A DNA stretch of 64,000 nt from Candidatus Eiseniibacteriota bacterium (GTDB lineage: Bacteria; Eisenbacteria; RBG-16-71-46; SZUA-252). The notes under the pieces were generated by a model, which saw only the letters and a list, made by a program, of their open reading frames with translations, did no database searches and was not told where the DNA came from. Position 1 is the first letter of the stretch. The number at the start of each line of letters is the position of its first letter. Below are positions 28,501 to 36,905 of this stretch, in pieces. The position numbers and the translations under genes are program-made. The stretch lies in NCBI GenBank assembly GCA_963703225.1, contig OY969801.1:2752001-2816000 (forward strand). Direction: 5' to 3'.

Positions 28501-30192
28501 TGTCCGGGCCGCGGTAGCCCCTGTGAGCAGAGCGGCCGACAGGGCGGTCGGAGAGACATCGATGTCCGGCGGACCGAGCGTTGTGGCACTCACCACGTTC
28601 GAGATCGGGGAGCGGTTACCGTATTCGTCCAGCGCCTTGAGCGCGAAGTAGTAGGTGGTGCTGAAGCTGAGCGCGGTCACCACGACCCGCTCCTGGGCAC
28701 CCGGGGGATGCGGCACCACCACCCCGGAGAACCGGGACGCGGCGTCGAAATTGGCGTCGGTGATCTCAGACGTGGCAAATCGGATGTCGTAATTCGTCAC
28801 GGTGCCGGTCGTACTGTCGTCGCCGGTGGCAGTCCACTGCAGGGAAACGCTATTGGAGGCTACTCCGAGGGCAGCGAGGTCGGGGACGGGGCTCGGCGCG
28901 ATGATGTCCGGGCCCTCCAACGCCCTCGCGGCGTTGAGTCTTCCTCCGGATAGCACCCGACGGTTTAGTCCGGGTAGCTTGTCCACGGAGTTGAGGAGAA
29001 GCGTCTTGCCGACCTGGAGCGTGATCCCAGGGTACTGCGCCAGGACCAACGCCAGCACCCCGGAGACATGTGGGGTGGCCATCGAGGTCCCGCTGAAGAC
29101 GCCGTACCCGGCGGACGGGAGCGTACTGAGGATGTCGACCCCGGGCGCGGCGAGGTCCACGCTCGTCGCTCCATAGTTGGAAAAATTGGCCAGCTGGTCG
29201 AAGTGATCCGTGGCTGCGACCGAAATGACGTTCGGCACGTTGAAGCTCGCGGGATACTCGGGGGAACGGTCACTGTTGGCACCCGAATTCCCCGCCGCGG
29301 CGACAAAGAAGATGCCGGCATTGCTCGCGTCCACAATGGCAAGCCGCAGCGCCTCCGAGTACTCGCTGCCTCCCCAGCTGTTGTTCATGATGTCGACGCC
29401 CATCTGCGTCGCGTATTCAATCGCGGCGATCGCGTCAGCGGCTGTTCCCGAACCTTCGCTGTTCAGGAACTTCAGTGGCATGAGACGGACGGACCAGTTC
29501 ACCCCGGTGACTCCGATGCCGTTGTTGCCGCTCGCGCCTATCGTCCCGGCCACGTGAGTGCCGTGGCCATTGTCGTCCATGGGATCGTTATCCTGATTGA
29601 CGAAATCCCACCCTCGAACGTCATCCACGAAACCGTTCCCATCGTCGTCAATTCCGTTGCCTGGGGTTTCCCCGGCGTTGGTGTAGATGTTCCCGGCGAG
29701 ATCGGGATGCGTGTAGTCGATTCCGGTATCGATGACCCCCACGATGACATTCGAGCTCCCGGTATTCGTATCCCACGCGTCGGTCGCGCTGATATCCGCA
29801 CCCGGAATGCCCCCGGTCTGGCCCGTGTTACGGAGGCCCCAGAGCTCGGAAAATCTGAGGTCGTCCGGGGTCCGAGAGATGGAAAAGATGTAGTTCGGTT
29901 CGATGAGCTGAATGGCGGGATGGTCTTTGTAACGGGCGATGGCTTCGGGGACGCTCATCGTGCCGCCGATCCGATCGTGCTCCGCTCGAATCCGTCCAAA
30001 CCGGTGGATCGGGGTGGCCCGCAGGTCGGCGAGAATACGGTTGATCGAGCTTTGAGACGCTCCGGGCTTGAATTTGATGATGAGCTCGCCACCCTTTGTG
30101 AGCGGCGCGGCTGCAGAGGGGATGGCAAACCCATGGAGCAGGAGCGCGGAAACGAGGAGACCGGCGCGAATGGCGCCTTGAAGGGACCGCAT
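22513..30192 (-). CDS. Giant (~2560 aa) secreted S8 subtilase with FN3, repeated ASH/choice-of-anchor-D-like Ig modules, PKD and FlgD-Ig tail
   Basis: Triad VGVIDTG, HGTHVAG, GTSMATP; recurrent SNDPDE modules; FTWDFGDG; PNPLNP...LASGVYY; SD AGGAGG before ATG 30192. Confidence 0.93.
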   Translation of the reverse strand: MRSLQGAIRAGLLVSALLLHGFAIPSAAAPLTKGGELIIKFKPGASQSSINRILADLRATPIHRFGRIRAEHDRIGGTMSVPEAIARYKDHPAIQLIEPNYIFSISRTPDDLRFSELWGLRNTGQTGGIPGADISATDAWDTNTGSSNVIVGVIDTGIDYTHPDLAGNIYTNAGETPGNGIDDDGNGFVDDVRGWDFVNQDNDPMDDNGHGTHVAGTIGASGNNGIGVTGVNWSVRLMPLKFLNSEGSGTAADAIAAIEYATQMGVDIMNNSWGGSEYSEALRLAIVDASNAGIFFVAAAGNSGANSDRSPEYPASFNVPNVISVAATDHFDQLANFSNYGATSVDLAAPGVDILSTLPSAGYGVFSGTSMATPHVSGVLALVLAQYPGITLQVGKTLLLNSVDKLPGLNRRVLSGGRLNAARALEGPDIIAPSPVPDLAALGVASNSVSLQWTATGDDSTTGTVTNYDIRFATSEITDANFDAASRFSGVVVPHPPGAQERVVVTALSFSTTYYFALKALDEYGNRSPISNVVSATTLGPPDIDVSPTALSAALLTGATAARTLTLTNPSAGTLDFSLQITTAGGGQWLSIEPRTGTLPPGGRVDVQVTFDASGLFGGGYDASIWVLSNDPDETAVPVRVRLDVTGAPDIALSSVAVEYGTVFLGFSRSRAITVTNAGADLLTVTGVIVSPGAFAVAPDGFSLAPGDSHDVIVTFSPASVATIDGSLTMASDDPDEGVVTVALHGECLIAPDIGVEPSMFAESLTTGEIATKVMTVRNTGGSDLTFGVRKTRGAVAGALGSPVSIPSSLRGSTLNQTGPDVGLPSVQAVYGGTSLRFGITQFGEITPFQSPVGTEHLAVGTVLTGYTLAYVSGDVDHVCYSVNFIRSGIDPVSYRELENTPSRVLVEVVTRTSDGVLGIRRVFTFLRAEQYVEVTTELQNLSAGPLTQVVLKEDVDWDVDGDFLDDAWDYDRSRNMGVAWDQHYVAVAAAQAPDLMDINGWNDFESRATKVDVPSGPVLDFDGLEVLHFELGTLAASERRPVTLAYGVGSTLAELQQVMDRAIVATWVSVSPDSGVVPPGGSADLAVTFDPGALRTGDYTAQVVVDSNDPDEAEIVLPASLHLTGAPDLAVNPDSLDFGSPFLGQVVTRTLQVTNLGTSRLEVTSIAPGLPGYAVDPAAFTLEPLESRDVTVTFSPVTVGVQGSTLTITSNDPDEGVVIVPLRGEGLLAPDIDVTPAALSADLLTGETTSRWVTIRNTGSSNLTVTVAPQAAAPAAAPAVSPRTPGQNPVLIASAAATGTITSRTGTAVPGVRTTSGPLLAQQNSVVPGSNVLVLANAPITNGLLRALLELGYGYEVRYTEDFTGIDFTPYHTIVAAMDGGPISGASCQALASAAAGGRLVFMIGGTNYPPYYGGVQSYLLSHTGEVGWVTSVSPHLTVANPLDPLATGLPPSCRFTDYQTSYYMLRISDSAARVAVRNGDNHPALVQKSLGGGTLVYYVNPPDDSFWKNPADFAIFKQIVRNTMLSRPVRWLSVVPGIGTVPPGCSINVQVTFDASGLLGGGYDASIRVASNDPDETEALVPAHLDVVGVPDITLPSVAMDYGTVFVGVSRSATVVVRNDGTDLLTVSGVAASPGDFSVTPDGFSLGPGDSHDVIVTFSPLSVARIDGLLTIASDDPDEGVVTVTLHGEGLIAPDIGVEPGSLSADLRAGETTSRLVTIRNTGGSDLTFTVDAQAIAPAPTAPVSFRTPSQNPAPLAVASTGAAVRVGAAAGTSAGALPASQNSIVAGNGILVVSNAPIDNGLLRALRELGHGYDLMFTSDYVGINFTPYHTIVVAIDGGAISEASCQALANAAAAGRLLFILGGSSIPSYYNGVQAYLLSHAGASDWRPSAAPHLRVVDPLDPLATGLPPSYTFLNPYTSQYMLRINDSAARVAVTNGDNYPALVLKPLGTGTLVYYINGADDFLWANPADFPILKQIVRNTLSFGATRWLSVVPGLGTVRPGGSVDVQVTFDASGLLGGGYNASIRVASNDPDEAEVLVPAHLNVAGAPDNHDDPPIVTAPATATGAEGAPLTVGVTASDPDGDVMYSLAATPLPAGATFVANTTNTAGELQWTPDFDQAGSYPVTILATSARHSNPASGPLDPLEGSVIVHISIADTDRPPIVTAPATQTVAEGTLLTFIVAAADPDGDPIATLDVRELPVGATFDPDPGLPSGTFAWMPGFANAGDYNVTFTAANVLSGSATTAITVSNQNRAPIANAGGPYTGMTGAPIAFDGSGSSDPDGEELEFTWDFGDGGSGSSPAPSHTYTSMSESPFTVALTVSDGMVSNIATTTATVQGTFAANVFFGLNLNYIFPQILPTWVRVEPMDGSFGINDVVLSSVTMSCNGAWIPTKCQSIVDHDQNHNGVPEARICFMRNDLRTLFAGLPNGTSTVEVTLEGDLMSGGSFRGSTMVHVIKFGFLGTGSLAQVSPNPLNPQATLTFVTTEPGTANAQLFDLHGRLVRDVLPQQYFMPGAHQVTLDGRNDHGSRLASGVYYYRVRSVNGISKGAITVLK
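24050..26225 (-). repeat. Internal duplication in the S8 gene (about 24050-24845 vs 25430-26225; also about 25090-25560 vs 27915-28400)
   Basis: NAPI.NGLLRAL.ELG.GY...FTPYHTIV...RWLSVVPG occurs twice about 1.38 kb apart, with long identical DNA stretches. Confidence 0.85.
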
Positions 30193-30691
30193 GAGCGACC
30201 TCCTGCCGATAGCGGCGGAGCGAGCCGGTCCGGGGCCAAATCGATGCGGCATGGGGCGAGGTCCCCTTCGGATGTCGGAGCAGGTCCCGGGCGTCCCTGC
30301 CTTCAGGCGCAAACTAGATAGGGCATTAGGATACCCCACGTCGGCATCGCTGAAACCCGTGAACGTAACCCGTCCGCGAAATTCTCTCCGAGCCTTCGTC
30401 GAGTGCGGGGCTCGATTCGTGCGCCTTCCCAGCGTTCGAGCTGTCAGCGTCCGATCCCGAGGTGGCGCGCTACCTCATGCGCCACTTTCACGAGGACGGC
30501 CTCAACGAGCAAGCCCTTCATTTCGCGCGGCGCATCCAGGAGCAGGGTCCGGGCGATCAGGAGAGCGCGGCGGTCATCCGCGGGACCCGCCGCCCGAGCA
30601 GCTTCTGAGGCTCCATTGTACTCCCGAGCGACTCGCCTGCCCGCGGGACCCGCAGGGGCCATCCACTCCCATTTCCGTGTACCATGCGCCG

Positions 30692-31663
30692 ATGGCCAGG
30701 CGCGCAGCGGTGTGGATCCTCGGCCTCGCAGCCGGTGCGATGGTGCTTTGGGTCGCGGTGGCTCCCATACCTCCCGTGCCGGCGTCGGCGCCGCCCTCGC
30801 CCGCCCGCGACCACGAAGAAGCCCTGGCCCGCTTCCACCGCGCCCCCGCCGGCATCGATGCGGGCGTCCGTGCCGACTGCCTCCCTCGGCTCCTGACGCA
30901 CGGGCACAAGACCGAGCGCGCGGTTGTCCTCCTCCACGGCTTCACGAACTGCCCGAAGCAGTTTGATTCGCTTGCAGTTCTTCTCTATGAACGTGGCTTC
31001 AACGTCTACCTCCCGCGTGTGCCACGGCATGGGATCTCCAACCGGATGACGACCGCGCTCGCGGAACTCACGGCCGAGGAAATGTCCGCGTGCGCGGAGA
31101 CCGCGCTCGATCTTGCCCGCGGCCTAGGGGATCGCGTGACGGTCGTTGGGCTCTCCTCGACCGCAGTCGCGACCGCGTGGCTCGCCGCCCGGCGGGCGGA
31201 CGTCGATGAGGCGGTGCTGATCGCACCCGCACTCGGACCGCGTGGGGTCCCCCCCTTCTGGACGAGGCGCCTCACGAGCATGCTCCTGGTCGTGCCGAAC
31301 TTCTTCGTGTGGTGGGATTCGAAGCTGAAGGGGCACGTGCCGGGCCCAACGCAGTGCTATCCCCGTTTCTCGAGCCGCGCGCTGGCGCAGGTCTATCGGC
31401 TTGGCCTCGACGTCATCGACACGGCGGGCCGCGCCAAGCCCGCAGCCCGGCGAGTCACGATTGTGACGACCGTGTCCGACGAGGGTATTTCAAGGGAGGC
31501 GGTCCGCGAACTGACCCGCCGCTGGCGTGCCCACGGTGCGGTGGTCCGCGATTACGAGTTCCCCGAGTCCCTGGCAGTCCGTCACGACATGATTGACCCG
31601 GAACAGCCCTATCAGAGGATCGCCGTCACCTATCCCGTGATCCTGAGGCTCGTGGGGGAATAG
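30692..31663 (+). CDS. Alpha/beta hydrolase (esterase-like) with N-terminal anchor
   Basis: VLLHGFTN, PRHG, VVGLSS nucleophile elbow, C-terminal HD. Confidence 0.8.
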   Translation: MARRAAVWILGLAAGAMVLWVAVAPIPPVPASAPPSPARDHEEALARFHRAPAGIDAGVRADCLPRLLTHGHKTERAVVLLHGFTNCPKQFDSLAVLLYERGFNVYLPRVPRHGISNRMTTALAELTAEEMSACAETALDLARGLGDRVTVVGLSSTAVATAWLAARRADVDEAVLIAPALGPRGVPPFWTRRLTSMLLVVPNFFVWWDSKLKGHVPGPTQCYPRFSSRALAQVYRLGLDVIDTAGRAKPAARRVTIVTTVSDEGISREAVRELTRRWRAHGAVVRDYEFPESLAVRHDMIDPEQPYQRIAVTYPVILRLVGE

Positions 31664-31756
31664 CGCTAGACTTGGTTCCGATGCGTGCGTATTCGCGGTT
31701 TCGGCGGGAGATACGCGTTGCTATGCATCAACCCAAATTCGGTCACCTCGCGTTGA

Positions 31757-32332
31757 ATGGAGGAAGCCATACGCACTACAATAGCACTGACGCTCGTTCT
31801 CGCTTCGCTTCCGATCGCGCGACCTGTCAGCGCTCGCTCCTTGGCCGACGTCGAGATGCCCGACTCGGTCCGGGTCGAGCGACGGCTCCTCAGGCTGAAC
31901 GGCATGGCCCTCTACCGAAAGTTCGGATTTCCGGTCCTGGTGGCGGGCCTCTACCTAGACAGCCTGGAGAGCGGTCCCACGAGGATCTTGGAGTCGGATT
32001 CACCCCGCAGATACGTGACCCACTTCTTGCGCAACGTTAGCGCAAAGCGGATTTGCGATGCCTGGGGGAAGGGCCTTGATGACAACACTCCCAACGCGAG
32101 CGACGAGGTGCGGGAGCAGTTTCGAACGCTCTATCATTGGTTGCGCGATTTCCACTCTGGAGACGAGATCGCAGTCACGTATCTGCCCGAGAGCGGATGT
32201 AGGGTCGAGATCAGCGGGACGGAAATGGGTGTGATAACCGGCAAGGGATTCGCCGACGCCTACTTTGGCCTTGCCCTGGGGCCCAAACCGGTTCCCGGTG
32301 GCAAGTTCAAGAGACGACTCCTGGGCCGGTGA
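31757..32332 (+). CDS. Chalcone-isomerase-like family secreted protein
   Basis: LRLNGMALYRK...VAGLYL...LGPKP...KRRLLG. Confidence 0.85.
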   Translation: MEEAIRTTIALTLVLASLPIARPVSARSLADVEMPDSVRVERRLLRLNGMALYRKFGFPVLVAGLYLDSLESGPTRILESDSPRRYVTHFLRNVSAKRICDAWGKGLDDNTPNASDEVREQFRTLYHWLRDFHSGDEIAVTYLPESGCRVEISGTEMGVITGKGFADAYFGLALGPKPVPGGKFKRRLLGR

Positions 32333-32393
32333 TCTCCTGCCCAGGCATAGCCGCACGACGCAGTGGTCAGGGCGCACGATTGGAGGTAGAAGC

Positions 32394-33272
32394 ATGCCGG
32401 GTGGGGTTCGCCGAATGAGCGAGACGATCGTGGAAATTGCCGCGCACACGGACCGAGGGAAGAAGCGTGAGACGAACGAGGATGCCTACCTGGTCTTCCG
32501 GACAGGTCGCTTTTTGGAGCGTATTCAGAGCAACATCTCAGAGGAAGAGTTGGGCTCCCGCTACGACGATGGCGGGTACGTCATGGCGGTGGCCGATGGA
32601 ATGGGAGGAGCCTCCGCCGGAGAAGTCGCCAGCCGTGAGGCCCTCGTCGAGGCGTTTCGCCTCATCCTTCGCTCTCCGAAGTGGCTCCTCAGCCTCGACG
32701 ACCCGTTGACGCGGGATTCCGAGATCCAATCCTTCTTCGAGCGCACGAACCTCTATCTCGCGGGAATGCACGCCGCTCTGCTGCGCCACGGAGCCGAGGA
32801 CCCGAGCGTCGCCGGCATGGGCACCACCCTCACCGTGGTTTATAGCCTGGGTCTCGATCTCTTCGTGTTGCACGTCGGGGACTCGAGGGCCTACCTCTAT
32901 CGCGATGGCGCGCTTCGCCACATCACGCGCGACCACACGGTCGCCCAGAGTCTTGCCGACAGCGGCGCCATCGCGCAGGAAGAAGTGCCCACCCACCCAA
33001 GACGCCACATCCTCACGCAGGTGGTGGGCGGGGGTGGCGGCTGGCTTCACGGCGAGACCCACCATCTGAAGCTGAAACCCGGCGACGCCGTTGTCGTCTG
33101 CACGGACGGATTGACGGGACCGGTCCGCGACGAGGAGATCGCCGGAATTCTTGGGGGAGCGGCGACGAGTGAAGCCGCCTGCGATTCGTTGCTGGCTCTC
33201 GCGCTCGACCGAGGCGCGCCGGACAACGTGACGGCTATTGTGGCGAGGTATTCGGACGGGGCGAGTGACTAG
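32394..33272 (+). CDS. PP2C-family Ser/Thr protein phosphatase
   Basis: RETNED, VADGMGG, MGTT, HVGDSRAY, CTDGL, DNVT; SD GGAGG. Confidence 0.95.
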   Translation: MPGGVRRMSETIVEIAAHTDRGKKRETNEDAYLVFRTGRFLERIQSNISEEELGSRYDDGGYVMAVADGMGGASAGEVASREALVEAFRLILRSPKWLLSLDDPLTRDSEIQSFFERTNLYLAGMHAALLRHGAEDPSVAGMGTTLTVVYSLGLDLFVLHVGDSRAYLYRDGALRHITRDHTVAQSLADSGAIAQEEVPTHPRRHILTQVVGGGGGWLHGETHHLKLKPGDAVVVCTDGLTGPVRDEEIAGILGGAATSEAACDSLLALALDRGAPDNVTAIVARYSDGASD

Positions 33273-33335
33273 GGCTCCGGATGAACGTGGCCTCGTGGGG
33301 CTCGGCGTTCGGCTGGGCGGGCCCCTTGGCGTGAT

Positions 33336-34547
33336 TCACGACAAAAGGCGTACCGCCGCCAGCGCGTACACCTCCGCGCACTCGACGAGCCGTCGCACCG
33401 ACACGAATTCGTTAGGGCCATGCGACACGGAGAGAAGCCCGGGCCCGTAGGCCAGCGCCGGGATGCCGAGGGCCGCGTAGTGCCGCGTCTCCAGGACGCC
33501 AGGGCACAGCTCGAATCGCGCGGTTCGTCCCGTCACGCCACGAATGCTCGACCCGAGGGCCCGTGCCAACGTGCTCTTTGCGCTCGTGGCTGACGACCGC
33601 CCCTCCTGCAAGACTTCCACCTCACACTTCAAACCATGCGCCCGCGCTTGCTCCACTACGGCAGAGAGACGGTGACGTTCGACGTCGAAATCCTCTTCGG
33701 GGTTGGTGCGCCGATCCACCGTGAAGGACGCCCGCTCCGGCACGACGTTGAAATTATGACCACCCGATAGCTCGCCTCCCAAGAGAAGGACGGACCGTTG
33801 CGCGGCGTCGGGTTGGATATTGAATGTGGTGCGACGGCGGGCCACCTTGCTTTCCAGCGCGGCGAACATGCCGGCCACCTCGAGCATCCCGCGAAAGGCA
33901 TTCACGCCGCGAAAATGCAACCCGACGTGCGCCGGTCTGCCCCGAACGGCGACGCGCAGGGATATAACGCCGCGATTCGCATTCCAGACGACGCCTCCGG
34001 TCGGCTCCATGGTTAGCATGCCCACCGCGTCCCGATCGAGGAGCCCCGCGGCCGCGAGCGCCACCGTGCCGCGTGGACCGGAGGTCTCTTCATCCGGCAC
34101 CGAGGCCAAGACGATGCGGCCTGCGGGCTCGAATCCGGCTTTCTCGAGCGCGTGGATGGCGAACGCCATCGCCGCGATGCCGCCCTTCATGTCCGCCGAT
34201 CCGCGGCCGTACAGGTTGGTGCGGCGCACGACGGGCATGAACTGCGTTCGGTGCTGGGCGGGAACGACATCGTAGTGCCCGCTAAAGTAAAGGACGCGCT
34301 GGCCCTCACCAAACGTGCCGACCACCGACGGCGCAGAGCCGGAAGGGTCGACAGTGCGGGTCTTGAGCCCCAGTTGGCGTAACCGCGACGCGATCACCTT
34401 GGCGCACCTGGCGTACGACACCGCAGGTGGGTTCTCCGTCGGGATGCGGATCATGGCCGCAGCGAAGTCGACGAGATCGGCCGTGCCTCGTTTGAGTTCG
34501 CGACGAATCCGAACCACCAGGCCCTTGTCGGGACGGGCCCGCTTCAT
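33336..34547 (-). CDS. M20 (ArgE/DapE-family) metallopeptidase/deacylase
   Basis: SGHYDVV, GRGSADMKGG, DEE, EPT, HGPNE; ATGA overlap with the upstream gene. Confidence 0.93.
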   Translation of the reverse strand: MKRARPDKGLVVRIRRELKRGTADLVDFAAAMIRIPTENPPAVSYARCAKVIASRLRQLGLKTRTVDPSGSAPSVVGTFGEGQRVLYFSGHYDVVPAQHRTQFMPVVRRTNLYGRGSADMKGGIAAMAFAIHALEKAGFEPAGRIVLASVPDEETSGPRGTVALAAAGLLDRDAVGMLTMEPTGGVVWNANRGVISLRVAVRGRPAHVGLHFRGVNAFRGMLEVAGMFAALESKVARRRTTFNIQPDAAQRSVLLLGGELSGGHNFNVVPERASFTVDRRTNPEEDFDVERHRLSAVVEQARAHGLKCEVEVLQEGRSSATSAKSTLARALGSSIRGVTGRTARFELCPGVLETRHYAALGIPALAYGPGLLSVSHGPNEFVSVRRLVECAEVYALAAVRLLS

Positions 34548-35236
34548 GAGCCGGTCAGGATCCCGATGCGCACGATGATCTGGTCCGCATCTTGGTGGGT
34601 GCGGTGCCAGGACACGTTCGATCCCGAGCTGGTGACCGCTCCCGGCAGCAGGAAGTCCTGATCGATGCCCGAGCGGTACTCGGCGCTCAGCTCGAACCGT
34701 CCACCCGGGAGCGAGGACATGGCCTTGCTCAGACCGGCCCCCACCGTCCACGCGAACGTGGTGCTCGTCTGGCCGACGGTGGCGTCGTAGCCGCCGCCCT
34801 GCACGTTGCCCTTGAGGTGGCTGTCGATCCAGTTGAACGCGACGCCAATCGTGCCGTAGAGGAACGGCCGCGCGTCGCCGGTGTGCTTGCTGAACGCCGG
34901 CCCGATTCCTAGCCACAGGCTGGTGTTGGCGGTCTCGATCTGCAGCGAGGTGTTCGTGTCGAGGTTCGCGGACGGAACATCGACGTTGCGCCCGAAGTTG
35001 TAGATCAGCGAGGTGCCCTGGCGAATCCCGAACGACTTGCTCGAATCGGGAAAGATGGTGGTAGCGTTCTCCAGGCCCAGGCCGAAGCCGGCCACGTCGC
35101 CCCAGTCGCCGGTGGGAAAGGAGCCGCTGATGTAACCCGCAGCCCCCGCCGACGGGCCCGCGTGCGCGACGCCCGCCATGAGGCCCGACACCGCCAGCGC
35201 CGCCGCGACGATCACGATCATCCGCCTCGATTTCAT
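34544..35236 (-). CDS. Outer-membrane beta-barrel protein
   Basis: SD GGAGG, signal peptide ending AHA, RPFLYGTIG and FAWTVGAG strands. Confidence 0.8.
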   Translation of the reverse strand: MKSRRMIVIVAAALAVSGLMAGVAHAGPSAGAAGYISGSFPTGDWGDVAGFGLGLENATTIFPDSSKSFGIRQGTSLIYNFGRNVDVPSANLDTNTSLQIETANTSLWLGIGPAFSKHTGDARPFLYGTIGVAFNWIDSHLKGNVQGGGYDATVGQTSTTFAWTVGAGLSKAMSSLPGGRFELSAEYRSGIDQDFLLPGAVTSSGSNVSWHRTHQDADQIIVRIGILTGS

Positions 35237-35375
35237 CGATCCTCCCTCCAATATGCGATACGGAGCGCCACGAGTCGCCCGGCGCACGCGCATTGTCCGG
35301 CTGACGGCCGCAGTATAGGCGCTGGCTACCCCCGACGCCACGTACCGCGAATTGTCCACTGCAAGGCCGCCGCCG

Positions 35376-36263
35376 TCACGAGCGCGGAACGAGCAAACGT
35401 TTCTCAATCGCGCGCGCAAAACGAGCCGGTGCTTCAGGGTGGCGTGACAGGAACATCAAAGGCTCGAAGATTTCGAGCTCCATCAAGAGAAACCTTCCGT
35501 CTCGTACCACCCCGTCGACGCGCGCGTAAACCGGCGGCGCCGGCGCGTGTGCGATGCAGATGCGCGCCTGCGCAACGAGTTCCTCGCTCACCTGCACGTT
35601 CTCGTTGCTACCGCCGAATTGATATTGAACGCGATAGTCGCCGGCTTTCGGGCGTTTGCAAACCGCATGGCTAAAGACGCCGTCGAAGAATAGCAGCGAC
35701 AGCTCACCGCCGCCTTGGATCTCGGGCAAAAAAGGCTGCACCAGCACACCGCGATCCTCGAGCGTCTTGGCGATGTCAGCGGAGTAGCGGCCGAGCTCTT
35801 CGAGGCGAAAACGGTGAATGCGGTAGCCGCCGCCGCCGATGGTCGGCTTCACCACGATTTCATTCCAACCGCGGGCACGCGCCAAGGCGGCGATGTCAGC
35901 CTTGTCATTCTCTGCGATGCAAATTGTGGGCACGAGCGCGACACCGGCCCGGGCGAGATCTTGCAAATAGCGCTTGTCAAAATTCCAATTGAGGATTTCG
36001 CGCGAGTTGCACATGAGCACACGCTCAGCGATGCGCGCATCGAGCCAAGCGCGAAACTCGGCGACGCGCTCGAAGTAGTCCCAGGGTGAGCGCATGATCA
36101 GCGCATCGAACGAAGTCCAGTCGATGCTCGCGTCGCTCCACACTGCCGGCACCGAGGCAATGCCAATGTCTGCGAGCGCGGCCACGAGCAGATGGTCGTC
36201 CTCGTAGAGGTTGGCAAGGGCCTCGCAGGTCACCAGCGCCACTCGTTTGCGCGCGTCTTTCAC
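35376..36263 (-). CDS. ATP-grasp protein (RimK/glutathione-synthetase-like)
   Basis: RSPWDY, WNFDKRYL, VVKP, VQPFLPEI, YARVD, LMELEIFEP. Confidence 0.9.
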   Translation of the reverse strand: MKDARKRVALVTCEALANLYEDDHLLVAALADIGIASVPAVWSDASIDWTSFDALIMRSPWDYFERVAEFRAWLDARIAERVLMCNSREILNWNFDKRYLQDLARAGVALVPTICIAENDKADIAALARARGWNEIVVKPTIGGGGYRIHRFRLEELGRYSADIAKTLEDRGVLVQPFLPEIQGGGELSLLFFDGVFSHAVCKRPKAGDYRVQYQFGGSNENVQVSEELVAQARICIAHAPAPPVYARVDGVVRDGRFLLMELEIFEPLMFLSRHPEAPARFARAIEKRLLVPRS

Positions 36264-36430
36264 GCCTGTCCCGGAACCTTGAGTCCCGTTGTAGCACTAC
36301 CCGCACCCGCCGAGAGATGAAGGAACAGGCCGTCGTGTGTCTTCGGACTTCCAGCATTGGCTTGATCGACTAGAGTCGTGACCAGAAGAGCCGATGTGAT
36401 CGAGATCGCAGTGCCTAACTTTCGCATCAT
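36260..36430 (-). pseudogene. Truncated 5' remnant of an outer-membrane barrel gene (56 aa, below the ORF-track cutoff)
   Basis: SD GAGGAGG, MMRKLGTAISITSALLVTTLVDQANA-GSPKTHDGLFLHLSAGAG; its TGA overlaps the GTG of the ATP-grasp gene. Confidence 0.55.
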
Positions 36431-36867
36431 GGCCTAACCCTCCTCTTCAAATGCCCAAGACCCGCCCCCCACGCAGCCCCTGCCTGACCCACCTACGAAC
36501 GGTAGAACGATCTACTGGGACTAACGCGATCTGCGACAGAACCGCACGATTCTTCGCTGCGAGGTGGAGCTGTTCAGGAACTGCAAAGCGGGCAGTCAAC
36601 GGGTAAGGAGGTCGGCACGCAGTGGGGCGATATCCCGAGGCTTCCCTTTGTGTCCACAAAAGACATAGTGGTCGTAATTCCTAGGAACACCTTAGCGTAC
36701 ACTGACCGGCGCGCAAGAACTACCAGCTCGATCTCTTCGCCCGCGCCGCACTCCAACCACCCTACCGCGAATCGCGCCCGGGACTCGCGGCTTCAGAGAG
36801 ACGTTGCCGAAAAGGTCCTGCCGCGGGCCCCCTCCGCGGGGCGGCGGTGCGCCGGCCTCCGCGCCCG

Positions 36868-36896
36868 CTGACACTCTGCCCGCGACGCTATATACT
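36868..36896 (+). promoter_or_regulatory. Sigma70-like promoter of the kinase gene
   Basis: CTGACA-N17-TATACT, 9 nt before ATG 36906. Confidence 0.6.
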
Positions 36897-36905
36897 CCAT
36901 AGCTC

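Noticed and set aside
29068..30691. Long alternative ORFs (29068-30321, the 5' part of 30191-31663) and similar overlaps across the window
   Set aside because: Shadow ORFs expected at high GC; they overlap well-supported genes and have Arg/Pro/Ala-biased composition
31140..31170. Hydrolase nucleophile elbow GLSST instead of GxSxG, suggesting a dead enzyme
   Set aside because: Ser and candidate Asp and His are retained, so inactivity cannot be claimed
36413..36438. Two GCCTAAC/GTTAGGC motifs as integron attC cores
   Set aside because: No inverted partner or attC stem and no intI in the window; they fall in the start region of the 56-aa stub
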